Shown in pieces: positions 20,085 through 28,778 of a DNA stretch of 64,000 nucleotides (its first letter is position 1; the number at the start of each line of letters is the position of its first letter). The notes beneath the pieces were generated by a model, which saw only the letters and a program-made list of their open reading frames with translations, was not told the DNA's origin and did not search any database. A program made the position numbers and the translations under genes. Source of the DNA: Candidatus Dormiibacterota bacterium (lineage in GTDB: Bacteria > Chloroflexota > Dormibacteria > DASZGP01); the NCBI GenBank assembly GCA_049644325.1, contig JBARRR010000041.1, positions 11,929-75,928 on the forward strand. The letters run 5' to 3'.

Positions 20085-20453
20085 TTACCCCTTGAGCTCG
20101 GCCTCGGCGTGCTGGTCCACCAGGGCCCGGCTGAGCGCGTCGACGGTGCGCCGGAAGGGTTCCGACTGGAACTCGTGGGCGGCCACCGCGAACTCCTCAG
20201 GGCTGTCGGGTGCGGCCACCTCCTCGGCCTCGCCCAGGTGCTTGCCGGTGAGGCGGGAGAAGGCGTCGACGCGGTAGAGGTAACGGCGCACGCCATCATC
20301 GTCGATCGCGCGCACCGTCGGGCGCAGCCGCAGCGCCGGGTGGCCGGTGTCCTCCAACTGGTAGATCACGCGCTGGCTTCGCTGCGAGGGCTCGTCGGGG
20401 ATGGTGTAGACGGCGCGCAGGCGTCGTTTGGGGGAAGGGAGCTGGTCGGTCAC
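20085..20453 (-). CDS. hypothetical protein
   Basis: 122-aa ORF located 10 nt upstream of the previous gene. Confidence 0.4.
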   Translation of the reverse strand: MTDQLPSPKRRLRAVYTIPDEPSQRSQRVIYQLEDTGHPALRLRPTVRAIDDDGVRRYLYRVDAFSRLTGKHLGEAEEVAAPDSPEEFAVAAHEFQSEPFRRTVDALSRALVDQHAEAELKG

Positions 20454-20463
20454 GTCCTGGGGC

Positions 20464-20817
20464 TTACTTGGCGGCCGATCCGAAGCCGGGACCGTGCACC
20501 GAGAAGACCGTGAGAGCCACGAAGAGAACGATCAGCAGGAGCATGAAGATGGCCGCGATGGCGAGGCCCACCGCCGCGTTGCTGGGCACCGGGCCTGAAA
20601 CCGGGGTCGGCCGGCGCCGCTTGGGCTCCCAACCGCCCTTGGCCACCGGCGACTTCGTGCTGACCACCGCCTGGGGTGGGCTGAGCTTCTTGTCGCAGTT
20701 GGGGCAGGTCAGCGAACCATGCTCGTCGGGGGGCAGGTCCGGGTCCACCAGCGCGACCAGGCCGCAGCGGCGGCACACCAAACGGGGAAACTGAGCCAGG
20801 TCGACGTATACCGGCAT
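20464..20817 (-). CDS. zinc-ribbon (CxxC...CxxC) protein with C-terminal TM helix
   Basis: 'CRRCG...CPNCDKK' zinc ribbon followed by a hydrophobic segment 'AAVGLAIAAIFMLLLIVLFVALTVF'. Confidence 0.5.
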   Translation of the reverse strand: MPVYVDLAQFPRLVCRRCGLVALVDPDLPPDEHGSLTCPNCDKKLSPPQAVVSTKSPVAKGGWEPKRRRPTPVSGPVPSNAAVGLAIAAIFMLLLIVLFVALTVFSVHGPGFGSAAK

Positions 20818-20881
20818 TGAGACGCCCCTGTTACCAGCCCGAGCGGGCGGAGTGGTCAGGCTTCCATTCTAAGATGAAGCG

Positions 20882-21832
20882 ATGAGCCTGGCCGTCAACC
20901 AACGCCAGCTGCCGGAGGCGGCCCGAATCCTGGGGCAGCTGACCGAGGCGGTGAGGGCGGCGGTGGTGCTCCGGGAGGACACCCTGCGCCTGGCCCTGGT
21001 GGGCCTTCTGGCCCGCGGCCACATACTCCTGGAGGACGTTCCTGGGGTGGGCAAGACCCTCCTGGCCCGGACCCTGGCCCAGGCCATCGGGGGCGAGTTT
21101 CACCGCGTTCAGTTCACCCCGGACCTGCTTCCCGCAGACGTCACCGGGGGCAACATCTTCGATCCCAAGTCCGCCGAGTTCCACTTTCGACCGGGCCCGG
21201 TCTTCGCCAACGTGGTCCTCGCCGACGAAATCAACCGGGGCACCCCTCGGGCGCAGTCCAGCCTGCTGGAGGCTATGGGCGAAGGGTCGGTGACCGTGGA
21301 CGGCACCACCCACCAGCTGCCCGACCCCTTCGTGGTGATCGCGACCCAGAACCCGATCGAGCAATACGGCACCTTCCCGCTGCCCGAGTCAGAGCTGGAC
21401 CGCTTCACGATGCTCCTGCGCGTGGGGCGCCCCAACGAGGAGCAGGCGCGGGAGATCCTCCGCCGCCACGAGCACGCCGAGCCGGCCCGCGACCGGGGCA
21501 GCGTCTGCGACCTCGACACCGTCCGGGCCGTCCAGCGCGAGGTGCTGGAGGTCCACGTCTCCGAGGCCGCCCGCGCCTACATCGCCGCGATCACCATTGC
21601 CACCCGGCAGCACCCCGGAGTCGGTCTCCCCGCCAGCCCCCGCGCCAGCGTCGCCCTGCTGCGGACCAGCCAGGCCACCGCCGTCTACCACGGCCGCGGC
21701 TGGGTCCTGCCTGACGACATCAAGGCGGTCGCCCCCGCCGTCCTCGGCCACCGCCTGGCGGTGAGCGCCACGGCGCCGGAGGAGACCGTAGCCGAGATCC
21801 TGGAAACGGTCCCGGTTCCACTCGACGTCTAG
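20882..21832 (+). CDS. MoxR-family AAA+ ATPase
   Basis: Walker A 'PGVGKT', Walker B 'VVLADEINR' and typical MoxR length. Confidence 0.9.
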   Translation: MSLAVNQRQLPEAARILGQLTEAVRAAVVLREDTLRLALVGLLARGHILLEDVPGVGKTLLARTLAQAIGGEFHRVQFTPDLLPADVTGGNIFDPKSAEFHFRPGPVFANVVLADEINRGTPRAQSSLLEAMGEGSVTVDGTTHQLPDPFVVIATQNPIEQYGTFPLPESELDRFTMLLRVGRPNEEQAREILRRHEHAEPARDRGSVCDLDTVRAVQREVLEVHVSEAARAYIAAITIATRQHPGVGLPASPRASVALLRTSQATAVYHGRGWVLPDDIKAVAPAVLGHRLAVSATAPEETVAEILETVPVPLDV

Positions 21833-22899
21833 TGACCCTGCGGCTCAGTCGCCGCCTCCCGGGCCTTCTGCTGGCGGCGTCCATCGTCTACCTGGTCGCC
21901 ACCAACTCGGAGGTGGTCTGGCTCTACGGCTTGACCGCCCTCCTGCTGGCCCTGCTCCCCGTCGGGTTGGTGGCGCCGCTGGTCGCGGTCAGACGCCTGC
22001 GGGTGAGTCCGACGCGGGTAACCAGCACCGGGTTCGTCCCGCCGCTGGCGCAGGATCGGGGCAAGATCTTCGACGGTGACACCGTCGCCGTGCGGCTGGA
22101 ATGCACCGGCAACATGGCGGCGTGCCGTTTTGTCAACGTCAAGCTTCGGGCGCCGCTGCGGACCGATCGAAGCGCCACGGTGACGCCGGTTGACAGCGAG
22201 ACCGATAGTGGCATTGAGCTTGGGCTCGCCGCCGAGGGGAGGGGAGTAGCCCACCTCGACGCCGTCCTCGTCTCCTCCAGCTGGCCGCTGGGAATTCTGG
22301 AGGCTCGGCGCTGGGTACCACTGGCAACCAGCTACACGGTCCATCCACGCTATGTGCTGCCGCCGGCGGAGACCGAGACCGGCGCCCAGGAGATGCTTGG
22401 CGAAGCGAGCATGCGCGGCCCGGGGGAGGAGTTTATCGGCCTGCGCGAGTACCAGCCGGGTGACAGCCAGCGCCGGGTCCATTGGCCCACCACCGCCCGC
22501 GCCGGCACCCTGATGGTGGTCGAAACCGCGGTGGAATCCCGCAGCCCCGCCCGCTATCGGGTCGAGGTCCCACCCAGCGCATCGGAGTCCGCCGCCGACC
22601 TCGCCGCCACCGTCGCAGCCAGCCTGGCCGCCGGCAGCGTAGCCGCGGGTCGCCCGTTCCGCCTGGAGATCCCCGCCGCCGCCCATGTGACCTCCAGATG
22701 GAGGGACGCCCTGGCCACGCTGGCGACGATGGCGCGAGGAGCCTCTGCCGCGGTCGCCGGCGACGCCATCGTGATCGCCGCAGGACCTGCTGGCGTCACG
22801 GTGGAGACACCTGGAGGCAGCCGCTGGCTGCCCGCCGACGCCTCGCTCGACGACGTGGCCGAGGCACTGGGGAGGAGACAGGAGCAAGCGCTGCCATGA
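21832..22899 (+). CDS. DUF58 domain protein (vWA-like, MoxR partner)
   Basis: 'REYQPGDSQRRVHW' DUF58 signature. The start codon overlaps the MoxR stop. Confidence 0.85.
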   Translation: MTLRLSRRLPGLLLAASIVYLVATNSEVVWLYGLTALLLALLPVGLVAPLVAVRRLRVSPTRVTSTGFVPPLAQDRGKIFDGDTVAVRLECTGNMAACRFVNVKLRAPLRTDRSATVTPVDSETDSGIELGLAAEGRGVAHLDAVLVSSSWPLGILEARRWVPLATSYTVHPRYVLPPAETETGAQEMLGEASMRGPGEEFIGLREYQPGDSQRRVHWPTTARAGTLMVVETAVESRSPARYRVEVPPSASESAADLAATVAASLAAGSVAAGRPFRLEIPAAAHVTSRWRDALATLATMARGASAAVAGDAIVIAAGPAGVTVETPGGSRWLPADASLDDVAEALGRRQEQALP

Positions 22900-24899
22900 G
22901 GTCGTGGCTCAGCGCGGCGCAGCAGCCCGAGGAGAGCCTGGCGGCCCGCGCCGCGGTCCTCGCCACCGCGGTCATTGCCGGCCTGGGGATGGTCCTTACG
23001 GCTGGCGCGCCCATCACGGTCGCGATATCGCTGGCGGTCGTCGTCGCCGGGCACGTGGTCAGCTGGCGCGGCCGCCACCGCCGCCGCACCATCCGTGGCC
23101 AGGCCGTTATCGGCGCGCTGATTGTCGCCTGCCTCACGTACCTGCTGCTGGACCTAATCCTGGCTGTGTTCGGCGGCGCCCTTCCCCAGGCGAAGTTCGC
23201 TGTGATGACGATGGCGGTCACCAGCTTCGACCTCAAGAGCCGCCGCAACCTCTTCAGCCACGTGTGGCACTCGGCGGCAATCCTCTACGTCGGGGCGCTC
23301 TTCGCCTGGGACTACGGCTACGTCGGCGTCCTGCTGCTCTGGGCGGCGGGTTTCTTCGCCTTCCTCCTCTTCACGCGAAAAGGGTCACGGGTTGTGACCA
23401 CTCGCGCTGCGGTCCGCAAGGCGCTGCTGTTCAGCGGCCGGCGCGCGCTGCCCTGGCTGTCGGTGTGGGTAGTGATCGGGGCCATATTGTTCGTGGGCCT
23501 TCCACGGGTGGCCGGCCGGCCGGTCGCGGTGCCGGTGCTGGTCAGCATCCCCCTCAGCCAGAACGCCAGCGGCGAGGTGCTGCCCGCCGTTCTGCCCCTG
23601 GTCGGAACCGCTCCCGAGGGCGGCCAGGAAGCCAGCATCAACCTTCGGGTCCGTGGGCGGCTGGGGGAGGAGGTGATGTTCCGCGTTCGCGCCCCAGCCT
23701 CGAGCTACTGGCGCTCGTACGTGCTGGAGAAGTACGAGGGCCAGTCCTGGTCGCGCGTTGCCCACCCGGCCAAGGTCATCCCCCCGATCAGCAGCGGCCT
23801 ACCGATCCGGGACGAGAACACCATCACCGGCCCTGGCCTGCCACAGACGTTCTACATCGAGCGTCCCCTGCCGGCTGAAGTGGTGGCCTCCTACCCGCTG
23901 CGGGAGCTGTACTTCCCAGCATCCGACCTGGTGCTGGTCGACAGCGGGATCGTCAACACCCCGTTCGGCCTGCGCAAGGGCGTCAACTACTCGGCCGTCT
24001 CCCAGGTGCGCGACCTCTCGCCCACGGCGCTGCGGGCGGCCAACCCACTCACCGGCCGGGAAGCGTCGGTCGACCTGCAGCTGCCCAGCGGGGTGCCATC
24101 CCGGGTACACGCACTGGCCCTGCGCCTCACGGCCGGACAGCCGACCGAGTACGACAAGGTGAGAAGCGTCGTCGACTACCTCCAGCAGGGCTATCCGTAC
24201 AGCCTCGATACACCCCGGCTTCCCAGCGGTGCCGACGCCGTCGACCAATTCCTCTTCGTTGACAAGGTCGGATTCTGCGAGCAGTTCGCCAGCGCCCTCA
24301 GCGTGCTGTTGCGCGAGGTGGGCATCCCCAGCCGGATGGCGATCGGGTACGGGACGGGCGACCACGACACCCTGACGGGTACCTTCACCGTCCGGGCCCG
24401 GGACGCCCACGCCTGGGTCGAGGTCCTCTTCCCGGGGGTTGGCTGGGTTCCATTCGACGCCTCGCCAGGCTTTGATTCGACGCCCTTCGCGCAAGCGCCG
24501 CCACGCTGGTTCCTGAGCGACTTCTCGCCCCAGGTGGCGTTGACGTCGCTGGGAGTGACGACGCCGCGCGCTCTGGGGTTGGGGCTGGGCGCGCTGGCCC
24601 TGGCTATTACGGCGCTGCTGGCTTTTTGGTGGCGACGGCGACGCCTGGTCGCGCCCGAGCTCCGCGCCTACCGCTGGGCCCTGCGCTGGGTGCGCTGGGC
24701 AGGGCTGCCCGATCGAGCGCCACCGCAGACACCAACCGAGCACTGGCGGGCGCTGCTGTCATTGTCGCCATCGGTGGCCGGCGCCCTGGCGCCGGTCCGG
24801 TCGGCGCTCGAGGAGGCGATCTACCGCGACTCACGCGGCCCGGCCGCCGGTCACTGGCGAGTGGCGGCGGCGGCGTTTCGCCACCGCATGGGACGCTGA
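22896..24899 (+). CDS. transglutaminase-like membrane protein (TgpA-like)
   Basis: Multi-TM N-terminus and a transglutaminase core 'GFCEQFASAL...HAWVEV...D'. The ATG at 22896 overlaps the DUF58 stop. The longer ORF from 22482 is a frame artefact. Confidence 0.85.
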   Translation: MRSWLSAAQQPEESLAARAAVLATAVIAGLGMVLTAGAPITVAISLAVVVAGHVVSWRGRHRRRTIRGQAVIGALIVACLTYLLLDLILAVFGGALPQAKFAVMTMAVTSFDLKSRRNLFSHVWHSAAILYVGALFAWDYGYVGVLLLWAAGFFAFLLFTRKGSRVVTTRAAVRKALLFSGRRALPWLSVWVVIGAILFVGLPRVAGRPVAVPVLVSIPLSQNASGEVLPAVLPLVGTAPEGGQEASINLRVRGRLGEEVMFRVRAPASSYWRSYVLEKYEGQSWSRVAHPAKVIPPISSGLPIRDENTITGPGLPQTFYIERPLPAEVVASYPLRELYFPASDLVLVDSGIVNTPFGLRKGVNYSAVSQVRDLSPTALRAANPLTGREASVDLQLPSGVPSRVHALALRLTAGQPTEYDKVRSVVDYLQQGYPYSLDTPRLPSGADAVDQFLFVDKVGFCEQFASALSVLLREVGIPSRMAIGYGTGDHDTLTGTFTVRARDAHAWVEVLFPGVGWVPFDASPGFDSTPFAQAPPRWFLSDFSPQVALTSLGVTTPRALGLGLGALALAITALLAFWWRRRRLVAPELRAYRWALRWVRWAGLPDRAPPQTPTEHWRALLSLSPSVAGALAPVRSALEEAIYRDSRGPAAGHWRVAAAAFRHRMGR

Positions 24900-25370
24900 A
24901 TGGCCAGCGACGACGAGCGCTGGATGAGCGAGGCATTGCGGATGGCGCGGCTTGCCGGGCGGCGGGGAGAGGTGCCGGTGGGCGCGGTGGCGGTTGCGGG
25001 CGGCCGGCGCCTGGCGGCGGCAGGAAACCGCATCGAGTCGACCGGCGATGCCACCGCGCACGCGGAGCTGCTCTGCCTGCGCGGGGCCTCGCGGATGCTG
25101 CGGCGCTGGCGCCTGAATGACGTCACGCTGTACGTGACGCTGGAGCCTTGCCCGATGTGCGCCTCGGCGATGGTGCTGGCGCGGCTGGGCCGGCTAGTGT
25201 ATGCCGCCGCGGATCCCAAGAAGGGCGCCGACGGGTCCGCCTACCGGCTCCTCGACCATCCCGCCAACAACCACCGGGTGCAGGTCACACGGGGCCTGAT
25301 GGAGGGGGAGGCGGGGGCGATGCTCAGCGACTTTTTCAAGGCCTTGCGCCGCGCTAGGAAGCCCGCCTAG
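24900..25370 (+). CDS. tadA: tRNA-specific adenosine deaminase
   Basis: Cytidine/deoxycytidylate deaminase zinc motifs 'HAE' and 'PCPMC'. Confidence 0.9.
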   Translation: MASDDERWMSEALRMARLAGRRGEVPVGAVAVAGGRRLAAAGNRIESTGDATAHAELLCLRGASRMLRRWRLNDVTLYVTLEPCPMCASAMVLARLGRLVYAAADPKKGADGSAYRLLDHPANNHRVQVTRGLMEGEAGAMLSDFFKALRRARKPA

Positions 25371-25405
25371 AACTGCTAACCTTCATGCCGCACCAGGCCT
25401 TCTCT

Positions 25406-25494
<89 letters not shown>

Positions 25495-25527
25495 CGACCG
25501 CCCGACTCCTTAGAATCGGGACCGCAC

Positions 25528-25618
25528 GGAGCGGTCGCCTAGTCCGGTCGAGGGCGCGGCACTGGAAATGCCGTAACGGGGGCAACCTCGTTCGAGGGTT
25601 CGAATCCCTCCCGCTCCG
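25528..25618 (+). tRNA. tRNA-Ser (anticodon GGA), integration target
   Basis: Acceptor GGAGCGG/CCGCTCC, anticodon loop CTGGAAA, long variable arm. Its 3' end is repeated three times downstream. Confidence 0.85.
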
Positions 25619-25684
25619 ATTGCCAACGCAAAATGGCTACGGTGTGGCATCTCTGCCGGCCTGCCGTGACCACTTCGGACGCAG

Positions 25685-27115
25685 TTGATTTATGGTGCAC
25701 ATCGAAACATGCGGATGGAGACTGACTATCTCGTCGTGGGAGCGGGCGCAAGTGGCCTCGCCTTCGCGGACACCCTGGTGGCCGAAGCGAATGTTGCGAT
25801 CACGCTCATGGACCGTCGCGAGACGCCGGGCGGCCATTGGCAGCAGGCGTACCCATTCGTGCGCCTGCACACGCCGTCGGCCTATTACGGGGTCAACTCA
25901 TTGGCCCTGGGCGACGATCGAATAGATCAGACTGGCGAGAACGCAGGCTTCTACGAACGGGCGACGGGAGGCGAGGTGCGTGAATACTTTGCCACAGTTG
26001 CCGAACGGCTCACCCAGACCGGCCGTGTCCACCTGCTCCTGCGCCACGAGCATCTGGGCGGCGGCCCTGACGGTGAGCAGGTCCGGGACCTTGCGACCGG
26101 AGAGGTCCACGACATCGGCGTGCGCCAAAAGGTCGTGGACGCCCGGTACCTGGAGGCGTCAATCCCGGCCACCAGCGTTCCTCCGTTCGAGGTTGCGCCA
26201 TCCGCACGAGTCGTCCCCGTCAACGACCTGCCGGAGATTACGCGACCGGGGGCCATGTACGCTGTCCTCGGATCGGGCAAGACGGCGGTCGACGCCTGCG
26301 TCTGGCTCCTGGACTACGGCGTTGAGCCAGATCGGATTCGCTGGATCAGGCCGCGTGACGCGTGGTTCCTCGACCGTCGCCATTTTCAGCCGCTAGACCA
26401 GGTGGCCGGGATCATGGAGGGCCTTGCCCTCGATGCCGAGGCCGGTGCCCTGGCATCGAACATCGACGATCTCGTCGAGCGCCTCGAGGACAGCGGTCGG
26501 CTCGTTCGCCTGGATTCTTCATCGTCGGCAACTATGTATCGCGGAACCATGCTCAGCTCCCGCGAGCTGGACGCCGTGCGCCAGATCAAGGACGTCCTGA
26601 GGCTCGGCCATGTTCGCAGGATCGAGGCTGACCGGATCCTGCTCGATCGCGGAGAGGCTCCGACCCGACCGGAGGTTGTGCATATCCACTGCGCGGCCCT
26701 CGGCTTGAACAACGCCCCAGGAACCCCCATATTTGAGCGGGGCAGGGTAGTGCTCCAGCAGGTGCGGCACAATTCGCCGTGCTTCAACGCAGCCCTCATC
26801 GCCTTCGTCGAGGCCCACCGCGATGAGGACGCGGCCAAGAACCGGCTCTGCCCGCCCAACCCGTACCCGAGCAGCATCGAGGACTGGCCGGGGATGATGG
26901 CCCGCACCTGGCGGGTTGAGAGCCGCTGGCTGCGCGAGCCCGACCTCTCGGCATGGGTGGCGGGCAGCCGGCTCAACTTGCTGCGCGACCTTCCCGAGCA
27001 CGCGGCCGAGCCGGCTGCCCAGGCGGCGGTCGAGCGCTTCGTCACGCATGTCCCGGCGGCGATTGAGAGACTAAAAGGTATGTCAGCCGAACTCGGCGGC
27101 ATGTTTGGTAACTGA
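25685..27115 (+). CDS. FAD/NAD(P)-binding oxidoreductase (flavin monooxygenase-like)
   Basis: N-terminal dinucleotide-binding 'YLVVGAGASGLAFA' and a second GxGxxA/G ('VLGSGKTAVDA'). Its stop codon TGA lies at the first base of att repeat 1. Confidence 0.7.
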   Translation: MIYGAHRNMRMETDYLVVGAGASGLAFADTLVAEANVAITLMDRRETPGGHWQQAYPFVRLHTPSAYYGVNSLALGDDRIDQTGENAGFYERATGGEVREYFATVAERLTQTGRVHLLLRHEHLGGGPDGEQVRDLATGEVHDIGVRQKVVDARYLEASIPATSVPPFEVAPSARVVPVNDLPEITRPGAMYAVLGSGKTAVDACVWLLDYGVEPDRIRWIRPRDAWFLDRRHFQPLDQVAGIMEGLALDAEAGALASNIDDLVERLEDSGRLVRLDSSSSATMYRGTMLSSRELDAVRQIKDVLRLGHVRRIEADRILLDRGEAPTRPEVVHIHCAALGLNNAPGTPIFERGRVVLQQVRHNSPCFNAALIAFVEAHRDEDAAKNRLCPPNPYPSSIEDWPGMMARTWRVESRWLREPDLSAWVAGSRLNLLRDLPEHAAEPAAQAAVERFVTHVPAAIERLKGMSAELGGMFGN

Positions 27116-27141
27116 GGGTTCGAATCCCTCCCGCTCCGATT
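27114..27141 (+). repeat. direct repeat 1 of tRNA-Ser(GGA) 3' end (att-like junction), 28/28 identical to 25591-25618 plus flank
   Basis: 'gagggttcgaatccctcccgctccgatt' is identical to the tRNA T-arm, acceptor 3' half and 3 flanking nt. Confidence 0.85.
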
Positions 27142-27208
27142 CTGCGCTCACAAAAGGCCGCTGCTGTGTAGTAAATGGCCGCCCCGCTCCCGGATCGATC
27201 CGCGTACT

Positions 27209-27655
27209 ATGCAGCTCATGGGTGGCGACGGAAACCGACAAGTGATCCAGAAGTACTGGCAAGCGGTCAACGTGCGCGACTTCGACAGCCTGGTGCAGCT
27301 CCTGCACCAGGATTTTGTGTGGGAGATGCCGCAGTCGGGTGAGCGGGTGCGCGGCCCCGAGAAGAACCGCGAGATGAACGCGAACTACCCATCCGGGCTG
27401 CCCGAGGTCGACGCGCATCGGATCACCGGCAGCCCGGATCAGTGGATCAGCACACCTAGCTGGACCGTCCTCAAGATCACAGGTTCCGGCGACGACTACA
27501 CCAGCGAGTCTCGGGTCAAATACCCGGACGGCAGCGTGTGGCACGCAGTGGACTTCTTCCGTTTTCGCGACGGCAAGATAGTCGCCCAGGTCGCCTATTT
27601 CGCACCGACACTTGATGCGCCCGAATGGCGGGCGCAATGGGTTGAGCGCTTCTAG
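27209..27655 (+). CDS. NTF2-like/SnoaL-like small protein
   Basis: 148 aa. The 'IQKYWQAVNVRDFDSLVQLLHQDFVWEMP' N-terminus is typical of SnoaL/ketosteroid-isomerase-like folds. It is the only gene between repeats 1 and 2. Confidence 0.55.
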   Translation: MQLMGGDGNRQVIQKYWQAVNVRDFDSLVQLLHQDFVWEMPQSGERVRGPEKNREMNANYPSGLPEVDAHRITGSPDQWISTPSWTVLKITGSGDDYTSESRVKYPDGSVWHAVDFFRFRDGKIVAQVAYFAPTLDAPEWRAQWVERF

Positions 27656-27736
27656 AGCCCTCGAGCCTGACTGCAGAACGCGCGCGGCTGAGGGGGGTGT
27701 CCTCGCTAGGCGATCTTGGCGCGGTAGTTTGCTGCT

Positions 27737-27761
27737 GAGGGTTGGAATCCCTCCCGCTCCG
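27737..27761 (+). repeat. direct repeat 2 of tRNA-Ser 3' end (1 mismatch)
   Basis: 'gagggttGgaatccctcccgctccg' is preceded by the same 'ctgagggtt' left flank as repeat 1. Confidence 0.8.
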
Positions 27762-27807
27762 CTCTAGCAGGGTGGGCGCCTGAAGCTCAGTTAAAATAAC
27801 GTCCGTC

Positions 27808-28272
27808 ATGCCCTACGCAGTGGATTTCAACGCGGTCTCAACCGACGGTCTGGAGTCGTCGCCAGTCGCTGCCGCGCTCGCAGGGCTGCGGGCGAACGAA
27901 GCCCGCTACTTCAGGAACAAGTACGACCACGGCTTCACGGTGGAGCCTGCGAGCAACGCCAAGACGACCATCGACTGGGTGCACCGGATCCTCAGAGAAG
28001 AGCGCGACATTGTCATCTCGTCTCGCCCCCTCGAGGCTTCTGCCTTTCAGATCGAGAACATCCGAATTGCCTACGTCTTCTACGAGAGCGGCCTGTCGAT
28101 CAACGTGATGTACACGGTCGACGACCCCAAGAAGCGGGCGGTTGGGTTCAAGCTATCCGAAGGGATGGAGATCCCCGCGGAGCTCGCTTCGCAGTTCAAG
28201 TTCGCGCGGCAGAAGTCGAAGCTGGCCGGAACCATCCGCGGTTCCTACTTCGACTTCAAGACTGAGTACTGA
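27808..28272 (+). CDS. hypothetical protein (lower-GC islet gene)
   Basis: 154-aa ORF with noticeably lower GC than its surroundings. Confidence 0.45.
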   Translation: MPYAVDFNAVSTDGLESSPVAAALAGLRANEARYFRNKYDHGFTVEPASNAKTTIDWVHRILREERDIVISSRPLEASAFQIENIRIAYVFYESGLSINVMYTVDDPKKRAVGFKLSEGMEIPAELASQFKFARQKSKLAGTIRGSYFDFKTEY

Positions 28273-28275
28273 CCT

Positions 28276-28755
28276 ATGGCTGAGAGGAAACCTGGAACAA
28301 AGGCCAGGCAGAAGTCCGCCAAGAGCACCACCACGGATGGCAAGACGTCCAAGAGATTCACCGACGAGGAACGAGCCGCGATGAAGCAGCGCGCCCAAGA
28401 GCTGAAGGCGTCCGCGCTCACGGCGGACGGGGAAAGCGACGTGCTCGCGAAGATCGCCGAGATGCCGGGACCGGATCGCGCCATGGCCGAGCGGATCCAC
28501 GCCATCATCAAAGCCAGCGCGCCGGTCCTCTCGCCGAGAACCTGGTACGGGCAGCCCGCGTACGCCATGGACGGCAAGGTCGTCTGCTTCTTCCAGAGCT
28601 CGCACAAGTTCAACACGAGGTACGCGACCCTCGGCTTCAACGAAGCGGCGAACCTCGACGAGGGCGCCATGTGGCCGGTCTACTTCGCTCTGACCGAGTT
28701 GACCGCCGCCGAGGAGGCAAGGATCGGCGCGCTCGTGAAGAAAGCGGTGAGCTGA
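28276..28755 (+). CDS. DUF1801/YdhG-like domain protein
   Basis: Basic N-terminal tail followed by a '[24 protein letters not shown]' core reminiscent of the YdhG/DUF1801 family. It starts 4 nt after the previous ORF. Confidence 0.45.
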   Translation: MAERKPGTKARQKSAKSTTTDGKTSKRFTDEERAAMKQRAQELKASALTADGESDVLAKIAEMPGPDRAMAERIHAIIKASAPVLSPRTWYGQPAYAMDGKVVCFFQSSHKFNTRYATLGFNEAANLDEGAMWPVYFALTELTAAEEARIGALVKKAVS

Positions 28756-28778
28756 GATCTGAGCCCTAAGCTGTCCCC

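Noticed and set aside
22482-22895. N-terminal extension of the transglutaminase gene to 805 aa
   Set aside because: The extra 138 codons overlap the DUF58 gene and encode Arg/Pro/Gly-rich sequence. The ATG at 22896 overlapping the DUF58 stop is the coupled start.
25598-25618. Possibility that the downstream tRNA-end copies are additional tRNA pseudogenes
   Set aside because: Only the 3' 25-28 nt are present, with no D-arm or anticodon arm. They are in direct orientation at module boundaries, which fits att junctions rather than tRNA gene duplications.
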